Shown here piece by piece: positions 31,435-41,961 of a stretch of DNA of 64,000 bases; the stretch's first letter is position 1, and every line of letters starts with the position of its first letter. A model generated the notes under the pieces. It did no database searches. It had not been told where the DNA came from and saw nothing but the letters and a program-made list of their open reading frames with translations. Both the position numbers and the translations under genes were made by a program. Origin of the DNA: an uncultured Parabacteroides sp. (GTDB taxonomy: Bacteria > Bacteroidota > Bacteroidia > Bacteroidales > Tannerellaceae); contig CAAGLQ010000049.1 in assembly GCA_900770835.1 (NCBI GenBank), positions 728 to 64,727 on the forward strand. The letters run 5' to 3'.

Positions 31435-31773
31435 TTAGTAATTGATATAAATTGTCGCTGACTGATTGGTTGATAAATTGGAAAAAGTTTTTGTTGTAGA
31501 TCCTGCCATGTCAAAATCACAACCATAATTATCACACGATACCGTCATTGTGACATTAGCCCCTTTGTTTGCTGTTATTGTCCAAGTTTTTACTGAAGCA
31601 CTAGAAGCAACAATTTGTGAAGTGTTAGGGCTCATTGAGTTATGGCCACTCACAGCCAAGGAAACTGTAGCCTTTTTCCCTGTTGCGATGCCTGTCGATT
31701 TTGTTGAAACTGTAATAGTATAAGTTTGTGTCTCTACAGCCTTGAAATTTGCAGTCACAGTACAGTCCGAACT
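31435..31773 (-). other. Silent alternative C-terminal cassette for the 30278 lipoprotein
   Basis: Reads SSDCTVTANFKA-VETQTYTITV...IYINY*, first 12 aa identical to the 30278 protein; no signal peptide. Confidence 0.8.
31737..31773 (-). repeat. 37-bp inverted repeat, right copy
   Basis: Exact reverse complement of 30806-30842. Confidence 0.95.
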
Positions 31774-32137
31774 GTTGTCTTTTAGTTGGGACGTGATTGG
31801 CTCTATATCTGAACTTTAAGCTATATGTAGTGATTTGATAATTTGACTAAGGTTGGTACATTTTTGGAGTACCTATTTGGTATCTTTAGATGATCCGAGC
31901 TAATGTGATAATCCAAAAGAATGCTAAATCTTCAGATCTTCAGTGACATGGGATTCAGATTATGGATATATTTGAATGCTGAAAAAATTAAACTATTTCA
32001 TTTTGTTGGTGAGCGGTCGTTGGGAAACGGTCGCTTTTTCTTTTAGATAATTTCTGATATAGTGTTTTTGCCAACCTTTTCTTCTTAGGTTGGCGTCGAT
32101 CGTTTACTTGGTCTCCACTGGAGAATTAGATGTTGTA

Positions 32138-32347
32138 TTAGAGATGCGGTGGTTCATCCTCACTCGCTGATCTCAATTTTGCGATCACATAGTCGATTTC
32201 ACCCTTTACTTCGAATGGTTCTAACGCACCTGGGACAAGTATATAGGTATAACTGTAGTTTTCTGAAGGGCATACGCAACTGACTTGTGCGGGATTGATG
32301 TATACCGGATCCCCAACTTCACGTGTATAGAACTTGACAAACTTCAT
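32138..32347 (-). CDS. Small FlbD-like protein
   Basis: MKFVKF...VYINPAQV...TYI...FEVKGEIDYVIAKL resembles the FlbD/SwrD pattern. Confidence 0.5.
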   Translation of the reverse strand: MKFVKFYTREVGDPVYINPAQVSCVCPSENYSYTYILVPGALEPFEVKGEIDYVIAKLRSASEDEPPHL

Positions 32348-32359
32348 AACTCTTCCTCC

Positions 32360-32674
32360 TTAGTTTTTTTCTTTTAGATTTTCAAACCACTCTTGCTCGG
32401 TAATGGAAAGCGCATTGAATGAGATATAGCACTTGTCTTGATAACAGTTTACCGTTTTGCCTTTCTTGAGACAATAGGATGCCAAATGCCTAAACTCAAT
32501 GGTATGCCCTGCCTTCTTTTCCATTTCCTTCAGGAAATCTTGACGAAAGTAATAGGCTTTTCCGTCGGCAACCATACCAATGTGTGCGGCCAACATTTTT
32601 GCGAGGCTAACGGCAGGTTTTATCATATTGTTTCCCTGCATACATTTTGGGTGTTGGGTGATCGGTTCCTCCAT
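32360..32674 (-). CDS. Hypothetical protein, paralog of 32690-33049
   Basis: Shared IG..A.GKA.YF...ISF..L....EW. Confidence 0.7.
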   Translation of the reverse strand: MEEPITQHPKCMQGNNMIKPAVSLAKMLAAHIGMVADGKAYYFRQDFLKEMEKKAGHTIEFRHLASYCLKKGKTVNCYQDKCYISFNALSITEQEWFENLKEKN

Positions 32675-32689
32675 ATCTTTTTCTGTTAT

Positions 32690-33049
32690 TTATTCATCCT
32701 CTGACTCTTCATCAATTTCTTCGTCGCAGTCTTTATTCTGCAGGTCAATCGCTTCCTGAAGCCACTCATCTGCTGTGGTGTCTAGCGAATGGAATGAGAT
32801 CCCTGATTTGACGTTATTACAATCGATCTCCTTTCCAATGTCTCTGGTCAGTACGACAAGGTGGCCGATCTGGATGGTTTTGTCAGTCTTCGTCTGTATA
32901 TCTTCTAACACATCCTTATAAAAGTAGAAAGCCTTGCCATAGGCTATGATCCCAATGTTGGCGTTCTTCGACTGGGCTAACTCAACTGCGCTCTTCGATA
33001 AGATATCATCCAGTTGCTGCGTGCTTTGTTGTTTGTGTTCTTCTTCCAT
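32690..33049 (-). CDS. Hypothetical protein, paralog of 32360-32674
   Basis: Same shared motif; TAATTTTG promoter motif just upstream on the - strand. Confidence 0.7.
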   Translation of the reverse strand: MEEEHKQQSTQQLDDILSKSAVELAQSKNANIGIIAYGKAFYFYKDVLEDIQTKTDKTIQIGHLVVLTRDIGKEIDCNNVKSGISFHSLDTTADEWLQEAIDLQNKDCDEEIDEESEDE

Positions 33050-33407
33050 CTCTTTTTTGCCCCAAAATTACCCTTTCTAAGTCTTACTTGGAAGCGTTTT
33101 GTTATGTTTCGTAGCATGGTTTCGGTTTTATGGGCTTACGTTACTCTTCTCGGATAGTCGATTTTGGTTTTCTTGGATTGTTAAGGTAAATTAAATTTTA
33201 CGGTGTTTGGAAACCAAAACAGTAGGGGACAATGACATAATCCCTACTTTTGGCTCGGTTTTTTGACGATTAGCTGGTTTTTGGGCTGATCTGCTTTTTT
33301 TGAGAAAAAGCTGTTTTTTGTATTTGAATATCACTTGGCTCAGGCGTGGGTGTGTGGTGATTCGAATCTTTGCAATACTAATAAATACATTATTTAAACA
33401 AGTGTCT

Positions 33408-36400
33408 ATGAAAGGATTGACAAATCTTTTTCTTTGCGCCTCTGTGGTTAGTGTGACCGCAGTGCATGCGCAGACGACTAAGGTGGTCGGCAAGGTGATT
33501 TCTGCCGACGATGATGCGCCGGTCATCGGGGCATCGGTGATCGTAGAAGGGACTACGATAGGTACAATAACCGATTTTAATGGTGCTTTTTCCTTGGATG
33601 TACCTAAGAACGCAAAAACCCTGATTATCTCCTACATCGGTATGGAATCGGTCAAAGTGGGTGTAAAGCCTGTTTTGAGTGTGGTCATGAAGACGGATTC
33701 GCAGAATCTGGACGAGGTGGTTGTCGTGGGTTATGGTACCCAACGCAAGAAGGATGTTACCAGCGCGATCTCTAAAGTGGGTGGTGAGGATCTGGCTAAC
33801 TTGGCGGCTCCCTCTTTTGATACCCAGCTGGCGGGTCGTGCGGCGGGTGTGCAGGTGACCACGACGAACGGTGTCCTGGGTTCCGCTCCACAGTTTAAGG
33901 TGCGTGGTATGGCCACGATCTCTGCTTCTTCCCAACCGTTGTTTATCATCGATGGTATGCCACTGGCAACCGGCGACAATGGAAATGGTGGTACGGGTTT
34001 GGGTATGTTGTATGCCGAGTATAACTCACTCGCCGATATCAACCCGAACGATATCGAGTCTATCGAGATCTTGAAGGATGGTGCGGCCACGGCGATCTAT
34101 GGTTCTCGTGCCTCTAATGGTGTGGTTTTGATCACGACTAAGAAGGGTTCTAAAGGCCGTACCTCTGTCTCTTATGATGGCTATATCACAGCGGCCTCCC
34201 CGGCAAAGACGCATTCTTTGTTAGGGGCAAAGGATTTTGTGATGATCGCCAACGAGAAATTGGAGAACTGGGGTGCGCAGGGACAGGCGGTCTATGACCC
34301 GAATGGTCCGGATACCAATTGGAATGATTATATCTTCCGCACGGGTTTCCAACATAACCATAACCTCTCGGCCAGCGGTGGTACGGAGCGTAGTCAGTAC
34401 TACATGTCATTGGGCTTCTCTGAGCAGGAGGGTATCGTCCGTGCGAACGATCTGAATCGTCTCAGCTTGAAGGCGGATTTGACGCAGCAGGCGACTAAGT
34501 GGTTCCGAATCGGACTCAGTGGCCAGATGAGCCGTACACGCATGAACGGTATCATGCATGGTGAGAACTCTCTCGGAGGCGTGGGCTTCGCTGGTCCTCG
34601 TATGTTCCCGAACGTTTCTGTGTTTGATGCGTCAGATCCGACGGGTTATAACATCGATAAGGAAAACCGGAAGACCTTGGGTCGTGGCAGTAACTTGTCT
34701 TATATCGACAATGGCTTGCAGAACATCGTATGGGCGCTTGATAACAATGTGAACCGTACGACCAATACCCGTGTGATCGGTAACGGTTGGGGTGAGATCA
34801 CCTTTATGGATGGCTTGACCTTGAAGACGCAGGCGGGTCTGGATATCGCTAACGTTCGTGACTTTATGTACTGGGACTCTGAGTCGGGTGATGGTTATGG
34901 TTACGGTGGCTTAATCGAGGAGGTGAACAGCACCTATGAGACTTGGAACTGGCAGAATGTCCTGAACTTCGTTCGTACGTTCAACGACGTGCACAACGTG
35001 ACTGCGACAGCGGTACAGGAGTACACGCACAGTCAGACTGAGTACACTGATGCGTCGGTGAATCAGCTGTCTGACCGTTTCTTCTCTGACCATATCATCA
35101 GCAACACGTTTGGCCAAAAGGATGTGGGTGGCTGGAAATCTGAGAATGGCTTGGCATCTTACATGTTCCGGGCGAACTATAACTTCGATAGTAAGTACTA
35201 CGTTGGGGCATCTATCCGTCGTGACGGCCTGTCTCGTTTGCCGAAGGATAACCGCTGGGGTACCTTCTGGGGCGCATCTGCCGCTTGGCGTCTCTCTCGT
35301 GAGAAATTTTGGACGGAGGCTCCGGTAAGTAAGTGGTTCAACGACCTGCGTCTGCGTGCTAGCTACGCAACCATCGGTAACTCGGCCTTGGGTAGCGATT
35401 ATCCCTACCTCGGTACCTATGGCGCAAAATTGGTTGGCCCGATGGCGGGTATCGCTTGGACACGTATGGGTAATAACAACTTGAAGTGGGAGAGCACCGG
35501 TACGTTTGACGTGGGTGTTGATGGCGCTTTGTTCGACAACCGCATGACCTTTGAGCTGGCGTACTGGCAGAAGGATTCCAAGGACTTGGTGCTCCAGGTA
35601 CCGACGGCTCCGACTTTGGGTATTCCCTCCAACTCTTACTACGATAACATCGGTAAGATCAAGAACTCGGGTGTGGAGATCACCATCGGCGGTACGATCA
35701 TCAATACCAAGGATTGGAACTGGCACTCTGATATCAACTTCTCTACGGTCAAGAATAGAGTGAAGGAGCTCTATGGCGGTACGGATATCATCGATAACTA
35801 CACGATCATCCGTGAGGGTGAGTCTTATCGCTCTTTGTATGGGTATGATTACTACGGCGTGAACAAATCGAACGGTAACCCGATTTGGCGCAAGGCCGAT
35901 GGCTCCTTAGTGCAGTTTGATACGTTTGGGGATTATGACTATAAGGTTTATGACCCGTCAAACCCGGAGGATGTGTCTCAGCCCTCTTCGTTGACTTCCA
36001 AGGATCGGAAGATCCTCGGTTCCTCTATGCCGACCTGGTTCGGTGGTTGGAACAACACGGTGACCTTCCGTGATTTCGATTTGAATGTATTCTTCCGTTT
36101 CTCGGGTGGTAATAAGGTGATGAACGCCTCTCGTCAGAGCACCTTGCTCAACATGGAGCTGGCTAACAACGGTACCGAGATCCTTGGCCGCTGGGTATCT
36201 GTCGAGCAGCCGGGTGATGGCATGACACCGAAGATCGGTTATGGCGATGAGCAGGCTTTGTTCAACGATGGTTATACGGATTCTCACTTCGTGGAGAACG
36301 GCAGCTTCTTGAAACTGGCTAACCTGACTCTGGGTTACACGATTCCTCGTTCCATTGTCTCTAAATTGGGAATGACGAAGATCCGTCTCTATGCGCAGGG

Positions 36401-36527
36401 GCAGAACCTGTTCACGATTACAGAGTATAGCGGTCTCGATCCGGAGACACAGTCTCGTGATGGTGTGGATTGGAACGGTATGCCGCAGCAGCGCTCATTT
36501 ACCTTTGGTGCGAACGTGACTTTCTAA
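33408..36527 (+). CDS. susC: SusC/RagA TonB-dependent transporter
   Basis: LDEVVVVGYG; PLFIIDG; DIESIEILKDGAATAIYGSRASNGVVLITTKKG; LKWE; terminal F. Confidence 0.95.
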   Translation: MKGLTNLFLCASVVSVTAVHAQTTKVVGKVISADDDAPVIGASVIVEGTTIGTITDFNGAFSLDVPKNAKTLIISYIGMESVKVGVKPVLSVVMKTDSQNLDEVVVVGYGTQRKKDVTSAISKVGGEDLANLAAPSFDTQLAGRAAGVQVTTTNGVLGSAPQFKVRGMATISASSQPLFIIDGMPLATGDNGNGGTGLGMLYAEYNSLADINPNDIESIEILKDGAATAIYGSRASNGVVLITTKKGSKGRTSVSYDGYITAASPAKTHSLLGAKDFVMIANEKLENWGAQGQAVYDPNGPDTNWNDYIFRTGFQHNHNLSASGGTERSQYYMSLGFSEQEGIVRANDLNRLSLKADLTQQATKWFRIGLSGQMSRTRMNGIMHGENSLGGVGFAGPRMFPNVSVFDASDPTGYNIDKENRKTLGRGSNLSYIDNGLQNIVWALDNNVNRTTNTRVIGNGWGEITFMDGLTLKTQAGLDIANVRDFMYWDSESGDGYGYGGLIEEVNSTYETWNWQNVLNFVRTFNDVHNVTATAVQEYTHSQTEYTDASVNQLSDRFFSDHIISNTFGQKDVGGWKSENGLASYMFRANYNFDSKYYVGASIRRDGLSRLPKDNRWGTFWGASAAWRLSREKFWTEAPVSKWFNDLRLRASYATIGNSALGSDYPYLGTYGAKLVGPMAGIAWTRMGNNNLKWESTGTFDVGVDGALFDNRMTFELAYWQKDSKDLVLQVPTAPTLGIPSNSYYDNIGKIKNSGVEITIGGTIINTKDWNWHSDINFSTVKNRVKELYGGTDIIDNYTIIREGESYRSLYGYDYYGVNKSNGNPIWRKADGSLVQFDTFGDYDYKVYDPSNPEDVSQPSSLTSKDRKILGSSMPTWFGGWNNTVTFRDFDLNVFFRFSGGNKVMNASRQSTLLNMELANNGTEILGRWVSVEQPGDGMTPKIGYGDEQALFNDGYTDSHFVENGSFLKLANLTLGYTIPRSIVSKLGMTKIRLYAQGQNLFTITEYSGLDPETQSRDGVDWNGMPQQRSFTFGANVTF

Positions 36528-36556
36528 ACATGGTTTGATATTTAGTTTTTAAGCGT

Positions 36557-38140
36557 ATGTTATACAATAAGATATATAAGAGTTATTTATCGGTAGCGAT
36601 GGGTGCCGTCCTCTCGTTGCCGTTGTTCACCGCCTGCGAGAACGACGTGGTGGACTTGATGCCGGTGGATAAGTTCTCCGACCAGACGGCCTATGAGACG
36701 GCTGCCCGTTGCGAGCTGGCGGTGATCGGTGCCTATGATGCGGCGCAGTGTGGTTATTACTCGGGTAGTGGCTGGACACGTGGTTATCCTTTTGGTGCGG
36801 CGAGCATCCTGCAGGGTGAGATGCGTGGTGAGGATATGAACCTCACGGCTGTGTTCTATGACTATACCTATTCTTCGACTTATAGCACCACGACCATGAA
36901 CAACGTGGCGATGTGGGAGACCTCCTTCGAGGCGATCAACCGCTACAACACGGTGCTCAAGGGTATCGAGGATTCCTTTGCGAATGGTTTGATCACCGAG
37001 GAAGTGGCTAACCAATACCGGGGCGAGATGTATTTCTTGCGTGGATTGACTTATCATAACTTGATGATCCATTATGCGCTGCCTTATAACGTTGAGGGGA
37101 ATAATAACTATGGTATGCCGATCTACTTGAAGCCGGTGAACCAGCCTTCAGAGATCGAGGAGCAGCTGAAGATCGGCCGCTCCACGGTGAAGGAGACCTA
37201 TGCGCAGATCTTGAAGGATCTGAACGAGGCCGAGAACTTGCTACCGGAGGTAATTTCCGCTAATACGATTGGTCGTGCCTCCAAGGGTGCTGCCATCGCG
37301 TTGAAGAGCCGTGTCTATCTGCACATGCGCGATTGGGACAAGGTGATCACCGAGGCGCAGAAGCTGGAGGGTGGTCGCTATGAACTGGAATCTAATCCGG
37401 CTACTCCCTTTACGGCGTATGACAAGAATAAGGAGTCGATCTTCTCCATGCCGAACAGCTCCGAGGATAATGGTTCTGTAAACGGTGCGATGTCAACCAT
37501 GATGTCTGCACGCACTGGTGGACGTGCCATCTGTACTTCCTCCCCAACAATCTATAACTCTAAATTTTGGTTAGGCGACGATAAGCGTCGTGATCTTTTG
37601 ATGTACCGTGAATCGGATAAGTATTATTTTGTGGATAAGTACCAGAATCCGCAGACGAACGAGGAGTATGCGCCGATTATTCGCTATGCCGAGGTGCTGC
37701 TGAACGAGGCTGAGGCGGCTGCTCGTAAGGGTGACACCGATTTGGCGCTGACGAAGCTGAACGAGGTGCGTGATCGCTCATTGGCGGATCCTTCTACGCA
37801 GAGTTATAAGGCGAGTGACTTCGCCGATAAGACAGCGTTGGTAGAGGCGATCTTGTGGGAGCGTCGTATCGAGTTCCACGGTGAGGGTCGTCGCTGGGAG
37901 GATATCCACCGCTTGGCGAACGATGACCTCTGTCCGAGCAAGGGTATCCCGGCCAAGATTGAGTACAACAACGCTAAAGGCAAAGGTGCCTTTGTCGCAG
38001 GTGGCGAGGTTAAGGCGGAGTGGTTTGGTGCGGCTAAGAAGTTTATCCCTTACACGGATAAGCGTTTTATCTGGCCGATCCCGCAGAATGACTTGCTGCG
38101 TAACCCGACACTGGCCGCACAGCAGAATGCTGGTTGGTAA
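36557..38140 (+). CDS. susD: SusD/RagB lipoprotein
   Basis: FTAC; GEMYFLRG; IIRYAEVLLNEAEA; ERRIEFHGEGRRW; WPIP; QNAGW. Confidence 0.95.
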   Translation: MLYNKIYKSYLSVAMGAVLSLPLFTACENDVVDLMPVDKFSDQTAYETAARCELAVIGAYDAAQCGYYSGSGWTRGYPFGAASILQGEMRGEDMNLTAVFYDYTYSSTYSTTTMNNVAMWETSFEAINRYNTVLKGIEDSFANGLITEEVANQYRGEMYFLRGLTYHNLMIHYALPYNVEGNNNYGMPIYLKPVNQPSEIEEQLKIGRSTVKETYAQILKDLNEAENLLPEVISANTIGRASKGAAIALKSRVYLHMRDWDKVITEAQKLEGGRYELESNPATPFTAYDKNKESIFSMPNSSEDNGSVNGAMSTMMSARTGGRAICTSSPTIYNSKFWLGDDKRRDLLMYRESDKYYFVDKYQNPQTNEEYAPIIRYAEVLLNEAEAAARKGDTDLALTKLNEVRDRSLADPSTQSYKASDFADKTALVEAILWERRIEFHGEGRRWEDIHRLANDDLCPSKGIPAKIEYNNAKGKGAFVAGGEVKAEWFGAAKKFIPYTDKRFIWPIPQNDLLRNPTLAAQQNAGW

Positions 38141-38288
38141 CAGTTTGTGGATTGATAATGTTACTAATTTGAACTTTTTGTGTTTCTTTTTTGGAGGGCG
38201 TGGGATAGCTGTCTCACGCCTTCTTTGCTCTCTGGCTGTACCGGATGGGGCTACGGATACGATAACAGTAGGGGAATCGGCGGTTCCA

Positions 38289-39161
38289 ATGAACTATTCC
38301 GTGGTGCTGGCCGAAGGGTGTGGGGCTGGGTCTGCGGAGCTGGACGAGGTACAGGAGGCGATCGCCTGGACTTCGGCCTGGTATGCGGCTCGGTACAGAC
38401 TCCAGAAATCCGACGGTTATCCTTATTTGACAGAGACGGAGCATCAGCTGATTCAAGATCGGCTGCGGAATATGCGGGTGGTGTTGTCAGTGGCTCCCTT
38501 TGTGGATCTCTACCGAGAGGTGCTGGCGGGTAATCTACACCTGCGGAAACCGCTCAAACCTGGCTATGAATTGAACGATAGGGAGGTGAAAAGATTACGG
38601 CGGGCTTCCAAGGATCTGGTGGGCTTTCATAGTCCTGTGGTCAAGGAACCGAATGTCTTCATTAATCCCTTGGAGCTCTTACATGCGAACTTGCGCTGGG
38701 AAGAGAGCCGTGCGGAGACGGTCTATGGGCGGCTGTCTAAAGCAGTCGTACATGAGCTGACACATGCGGTGACATCGGGTATGCGGCAGGATCGGGTGGT
38801 GGAGCAGTGCTTGAATCCCTTGACCCGACAGTGGAACGACGGGCAATTCGATAATCCGAATGAGATCTATGCCCGGGTTATGGAACTGCGGTATAGCCTG
38901 CGGGTTGAACCGGGGCATCTGTTTACGCTGAAGGAGGTGCGTGCACTGCGTGCACGGGCTGAACAGGACACCAAGGCGTATAAGCAGGAGGTTAAGGGAA
39001 TTGGAAAGGTGCGGATCAAATCATTGCGTGATTTGCCGGTCAAAGGGCGAATACTGGATCATCAACTTTTTATTCGTTATACGGACGAGGAGATTATGCG
39101 GCTGCTCAATGATTTGGCTGATTGGCCAATTCGGAGCAGGTGTCTTGACTCTGAGATCTGA
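38289..39161 (+). CDS. Putative zincin-like metallopeptidase (start uncertain)
   Basis: VVHELTHA plus downstream NPNEIYAR. Confidence 0.55.
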   Translation: MNYSVVLAEGCGAGSAELDEVQEAIAWTSAWYAARYRLQKSDGYPYLTETEHQLIQDRLRNMRVVLSVAPFVDLYREVLAGNLHLRKPLKPGYELNDREVKRLRRASKDLVGFHSPVVKEPNVFINPLELLHANLRWEESRAETVYGRLSKAVVHELTHAVTSGMRQDRVVEQCLNPLTRQWNDGQFDNPNEIYARVMELRYSLRVEPGHLFTLKEVRALRARAEQDTKAYKQEVKGIGKVRIKSLRDLPVKGRILDHQLFIRYTDEEIMRLLNDLADWPIRSRCLDSEI

Positions 39162-39462
39162 GTTTAGAGTAGAGTGGGAGGGGTACCAAATGGAGGGTAT
39201 GCCTCCCATTCTGTAGTTTGTTAGGAATACGTAGTTTTTTCTGTTCGGTCGATTGTATGGTTATGGGATACTTTGTTGATTTAGAATTGCAAGGTTGCTG
39301 TTGCAGAACAAAATTGCGTAATTAAACGATTGAAGCATTGGTTATATATCATGAAAATCAAACTGCGCATGCTCAGCCATCAATTTGCTCAAGTCAGAAA
39401 TACATGTTAAGTTTGCACTGCTAAATCTACAATCCGTAAAAACTAAATTTTCTCATAGCTCC

Positions 39463-39762
39463 ATGTATCGGAAATTCATTATCACCTTGGACGGTGAAAT
39501 TCGCTTTGGAACGGTCTATCTACACCGGGATCTGTTGCCGGCAGGTGATCCAGTATGCTTTGGCGGCGGACTTTGGGAGGTGGACAAGGAACGACAGTGT
39601 ATCATCCTTTTTGGGAGGAGCTTTGATTTTGGAACGCCAGATTTTTCCTATGCTAAACGGATCAACAAAACGACTTTCCCAGGCAATCTGGGCTATCCGC
39701 TGTTCTATCGGAGAAACCATCTTGGCGAGGAACAGTTAGAGCCAGTTCTCTTAGGTTATTAG
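39463..39762 (+). CDS. Conserved-looking small hypothetical protein
   Basis: RFGTVYLHRDLL...CFGGGLW...LFGRSFDFG; TAAGTTTG promoter near 39408. Confidence 0.7.
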   Translation: MYRKFIITLDGEIRFGTVYLHRDLLPAGDPVCFGGGLWEVDKERQCIILFGRSFDFGTPDFSYAKRINKTTFPGNLGYPLFYRRNHLGEEQLEPVLLGY

Positions 39763-39770
39763 GGGGCGTG

Positions 39771-39806
39771 TGTGCTAAACCCATCGAATTCGAGGGGTTT
39801 AGCACA
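39771..39806. repeat. Near-perfect 36-bp palindrome
   Basis: TGTGCTAAACCCATCGAATTCGAGGGGTTTAGCACA, one mismatched pair. Confidence 0.8.
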
Positions 39807-40139
39807 AGATTGATATTGTTTTCGTAACTTGTCGGGTATGGCTAATTCTGTTGGTGCGGAAATAATCACAAGTTTCCCCTGGTTTTTATATGATTCAGTA
39901 TTGACAGTGCAGTTGTAGTGAAAACGCTCTGTGTGCCGAGTGTGGCTTGTTGATAGGAATTAGTCGGTTTCTTCGTTGCATATGTGTTTGAAAGTTTAGA
40001 CCTTTGCTCAAAATCTTTGAACTATGAAATTGAGTCTTGTTTCTTTTGCTGCATATCGCCTCAGAAAGGCGAATGCACCCGCTGAGTTGGGATGGTGTGT
40101 TAGTTGTATGTTGTTCAACCCATCCAGTTGTTTGTAGCC

Positions 40140-41048
40140 ATGTTGTCGTTAGAATCCATTTGTGATCGTATGGAGATCGCCTGCGTGGATAGCGTGGATG
40201 ATGCATTGCAAATTTTGAAAAAGCATGCGTGTGACTATTGGGATAAGGGGTTGTTCAACTCGGATTTTTTGATGTCGGCCTTTAGCATCGAGCGGCTGCA
40301 ACGCCATGGTATCTTTTGTGATGAGCCGCTGAGCAAACGGGTGATCGACAGTTTACCAGAAGGGCATCAATTTTTAGAGGAGGAGGGGTGCGTCAACTTC
40401 TTTGTGCTTAGTGGTTATGTGATACAAGACCTGACCCTGAGAGGACATTATTTTAATCATGCTTCCAGTCAGGTACGCAAGGGTATTGGTGCGTTTTGGA
40501 ATGAGTCTTCAGGCATTATAGTAGGTGAGGCCTACGGATATGGGGCTAACCAAAGCCATGTGGACGGGAGGGATAAGTCCTCGGTATTCTTGAGTGATTC
40601 TGCGGTTGGGTCTTACACTGGGAATTGTATGGCTGTGTTAGTAGATCAAGCCACGGGTTTCGGTTATGACGAGGCGGTGTTGATGGGCTTGGATAATAGC
40701 AGTCTCATCCTGCGGAATCAGGCTTCTGCAACCTGCAGGGATAACTGTTTCTTCACGGCTTGTCAAGAGGCTTCCTTATTGGCCGAAGGAGAGGCCTTCG
40801 GCATCACCTTCGGATCGAAGGTTCGATTCACAAAGAAGGCTCCTTATTGGGTGGTGGGTGTAGGATCTGCGCCTCGCATGAATGATTCTGTACTTCAGTG
40901 TCCCGTCGTGGATCCTAATTGGGAGCCGTTACAGGACTTGTCTAAGTGGCGGAATCAGTTCCCGGATAATAAGTTGCTCTTGGGTGCTTTGAAAGAGGCG
41001 CTGCATCCGCAGCTGGAAAACAGTAGGGGGAAAAATCTGAAACGGTAG
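40140..41048 (+). CDS. Hypothetical beta-helix-like repeat protein, paralog of 57761
   Basis: Periodic small-residue repeats; N-terminus aligns with the 57761 protein. Confidence 0.65.
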   Translation: MLSLESICDRMEIACVDSVDDALQILKKHACDYWDKGLFNSDFLMSAFSIERLQRHGIFCDEPLSKRVIDSLPEGHQFLEEEGCVNFFVLSGYVIQDLTLRGHYFNHASSQVRKGIGAFWNESSGIIVGEAYGYGANQSHVDGRDKSSVFLSDSAVGSYTGNCMAVLVDQATGFGYDEAVLMGLDNSSLILRNQASATCRDNCFFTACQEASLLAEGEAFGITFGSKVRFTKKAPYWVVGVGSAPRMNDSVLQCPVVDPNWEPLQDLSKWRNQFPDNKLLLGALKEALHPQLENSRGKNLKR

Positions 41049-41159
41049 GACTGCTGGCTTGTTGACGGGCGTTGTGTCACGTGCTGGGTTTGCTGGTGGT
41101 GGCGGGTACGAACATTCTATGTATTTTCGCGATGTATTAACAACCAAAATCTTAAGTTT

Positions 41160-41525
41160 ATGTTTGGAGGAGATGGGAGTTCACACCCCGGGAGCGTGGT
41201 GCTGAACGCTTTGATTGATATTATTGGTGGGTTGTTCACGAAAGTTGCTCAGGCTGGGAAAGACCAACTGGGGGTGTCGGCTGATGGACAACCGGATGAG
41301 CTCAGCAAAACGGGGTTGGACGAGCAGAATAACGGTGGTCTGTCTCAAGAGGAGAAGGCAAAAGCTGAGGAGCGACTGAAAATGGATGCGGAGCATAATA
41401 CCTCCGCTCAGCTGAATGCGTATCGCAAAGCGAATGAGGCGATGCAAAATGAGGTGTCGACAGCGGAGAAGAGTTCTATCGTTGACAAAGTCACGAGTTC
41501 GGTTAAGTCGGCCTTCAAGTGGTGA
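41160..41525 (+). CDS. Hypothetical protein
   Basis: 121-aa ORF. Confidence 0.6.
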   Translation: MFGGDGSSHPGSVVLNALIDIIGGLFTKVAQAGKDQLGVSADGQPDELSKTGLDEQNNGGLSQEEKAKAEERLKMDAEHNTSAQLNAYRKANEAMQNEVSTAEKSSIVDKVTSSVKSAFKW

Positions 41526-41961
41526 TTTGACCCCTTTTTTGACTAATCAGGATTTCAACTATATGATTGGATTTGTTTCGAGAATGCTATAGCTTTGCGG
41601 CATTATAGAAACAGATATGATCAGATATGCAGAATTTAGGGAAAAATTGCTGCCAGTGGGTTGCTTCTCAATCGATCAGGCACGGATGTTATTTCCTGCG
41701 TTTGATCGAAATAGTCTGACGAGGTGGATCAAGAAGGGGTTGCTTGTCAGGTTGCGTCAGGGCTGGTATGCCTTTCCTGAATTGCTGCAACGAGTGGATT
41801 TTGCGCGCTTTATCAAAACCTGCCGGAATACCCCCACCAAAGCATGATGGTGGCGGGATGGATAGGCACAGTTAAATAATGTCATAGCGTAGCGGATAAT
41901 TAGCCGAACATTTTGACGGTTAGTCGTTTGTGAGTAAATTAGAAGCCAGTAAGCAATCATA

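Noticed and set aside
33408..38140. susC/susD as a full polysaccharide utilisation locus
   Set aside because: No adjacent CAZyme or regulator; the GH20 gene is 32 kb away.
37881..38288. N-terminal extension of the 426-aa ORF
   Set aside because: Overlaps the susD 3' end in another frame; unlikely to be translated.
41814..41961. IStron (group I intron) at the IS left end
   Set aside because: Only 148 bp before the ORF, no recognisable group I core, and the element ends in TCAA, not a terminal G.
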